This document shows, piece by piece, positions 62,701 through 64,000 of a DNA stretch of 64,000 nt. Location: contig CM060732.1 in NCBI GenBank assembly GCA_030704615.1, positions 992,001 through 1,056,000 of the forward strand, written 5' to 3'. A program made the position numbers and the translations under genes. The notes below the pieces were generated by a model that made no database searches, was not told where the DNA came from, and was given only the letters and a program-made list of their open reading frames with translations. Within the stretch, counting starts at the first letter, position 1; each line of letters begins with the position of its first letter. Source of the stretch: Takakia lepidozioides (lineage: Eukaryota > Plantae > Bryophyta).

Positions 62701-64000
62701 GTGTCTTCTATGTGAGGTTAGTTCTTGTCTACACCTGAGTGTGATTTCACAGCTTTGTCTGACCTCTCTGACAGTAAGGGTTCTCAAGCTGTTAGAAGTT
62801 GACTGTGGAGAGAACATTAAATGGTCTTTTCCACTAGGCCTGTTGAGTCTGGTGCGACTTATCAATCACCACGGCAACTTGATTGATGCATAACTGCTAA
62901 AGACAATGTTTGTTTTGGAAACAAGGTGTTAAGTACTTCACTATGCAGTGCCAGTAGATTGTCCTGACTTCGTAATTACTGTAAGCTGCTTGTAAACAGA
63001 TTCGCTAGGCCAGCCCGACGGGCACAGACTTTGATCTTCAGCAGATTCATGGTGCTCCATGAGGTACTAATCAGCTCCTTGAGGTGTGGAACCAATGGTC
63101 TTCTGTTGCCCGTAGGAGCCTGTTTAGGATGTTCATGCTTGGGGGACACTGATTGTTCAGCTCCAGCCCAAAACCTCATTGTGGTCAGCACTGCCATGAA
63201 CCAGGAAGATGGAATTCCCATTGTAGCTTTTCGAATAGCGAACATTCGCAAACATCAGATTATTGAGGTTTGCAGACTTCCAACCCACTGCTAGTGTGTG
63301 ACATGTCAGTTTGAAAGCAATATGTCTTGTTGAGAACCAAACTTTATTCAATATTTGGGATGTGAAGGATCTACTCATGCAAAAATCTATTTTATTTTAG
63401 CCTGTAGGAAATGATAGACATCGTCACATGATTATCACATATGAATTTGGGGTACTTGGTCGACAGGCAAGGAAGTCTGAATTGCCTGCCAGAAATTTGA
63501 CTATGGCTTTGGGTGGTGGGTGGCAGGCTAATGTACGGTTGCTTGTTGCCCTCAACAACATCTTGACCGATGAAGATGAAAGCATGTTTCATTTTGTGGC
63601 CCTTCCGGTTTGTCTTTACTTCTATTCTCTGAGAGTCTGTACATAACATTCAGCATAGGCCCCAACCTCCTGTCATTTGAAATTTTCTCTTAGTCCCACA
63701 AACCCTTTGGGATTACAATGTTGTACAAATTTCCTCTTCCCCTTCCCTCTCTCCATCAGTCTCTACTGGAATCCTAAAGTCTTCTTCTCGACACTTCATT
63801 GGACTTGGGGGCAGGTCATTGGAGGGAGCCAGGTGTTTTTAGGGCTTCCATGTACAGTGAAGCACCCCATCACTTCCACCAGCCCCTTGTATGGTTTGAC
63901 ACTACATGTATGTGGATATACCATGTTTTGTTACAAGTCTCATGACATTTCTTCGAAGTTGCTAGCAACCACAAGACTTGAGAGAGATGTGCCAAGAGGG

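Overview
Eukaryotic, almost entirely transposon-derived DNA with GT-AG introns and CpG-decay signatures. The element types suggest a non-seed land plant (inference). 1-13.7 kb: a LINE ORF2 split by a complete ~12.2-kb Ty3/Gypsy LTR retrotransposon (minus strand, GGGTA TSD, extra 3' ORFs). 15.5-47.4 kb: a nest of three related large Mutator-like (MULE) DNA transposons. A1 (17014-28294, 9-bp TSD) sits inside B (~15470-37185), and B appears to sit inside A2 (37186-47381). Each element has a GCM/WRKY-type Zn finger + DDE + SWIM transposase and a divergently transcribed multi-exon cargo gene. The cargo has an N-terminal ParB/Srx-like domain (DGNHR). In A1 and A2 it also has a C-terminal beta-class (N4C/N6A-type) DNA methyltransferase-like domain with altered catalytic motifs; in B that part is truncated. 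Each family carries its own CpG-rich palindrome array; in B the copies are spaced mostly ~63 bp apart, about six helical turns. A relic of a fourth relative (C) lies at ~54-55.6 kb, inserted into a second LINE. The best candidate for an undescribed system is this transposon-borne ParB-methyltransferase plus cognate palindrome array. Also present: an F-box/kelch pseudogene, a 328-bp tandem duplication and several LTR/MITE fragments. Many frameshifts could be decay or long-read indel errors; this cannot be resolved from the window.
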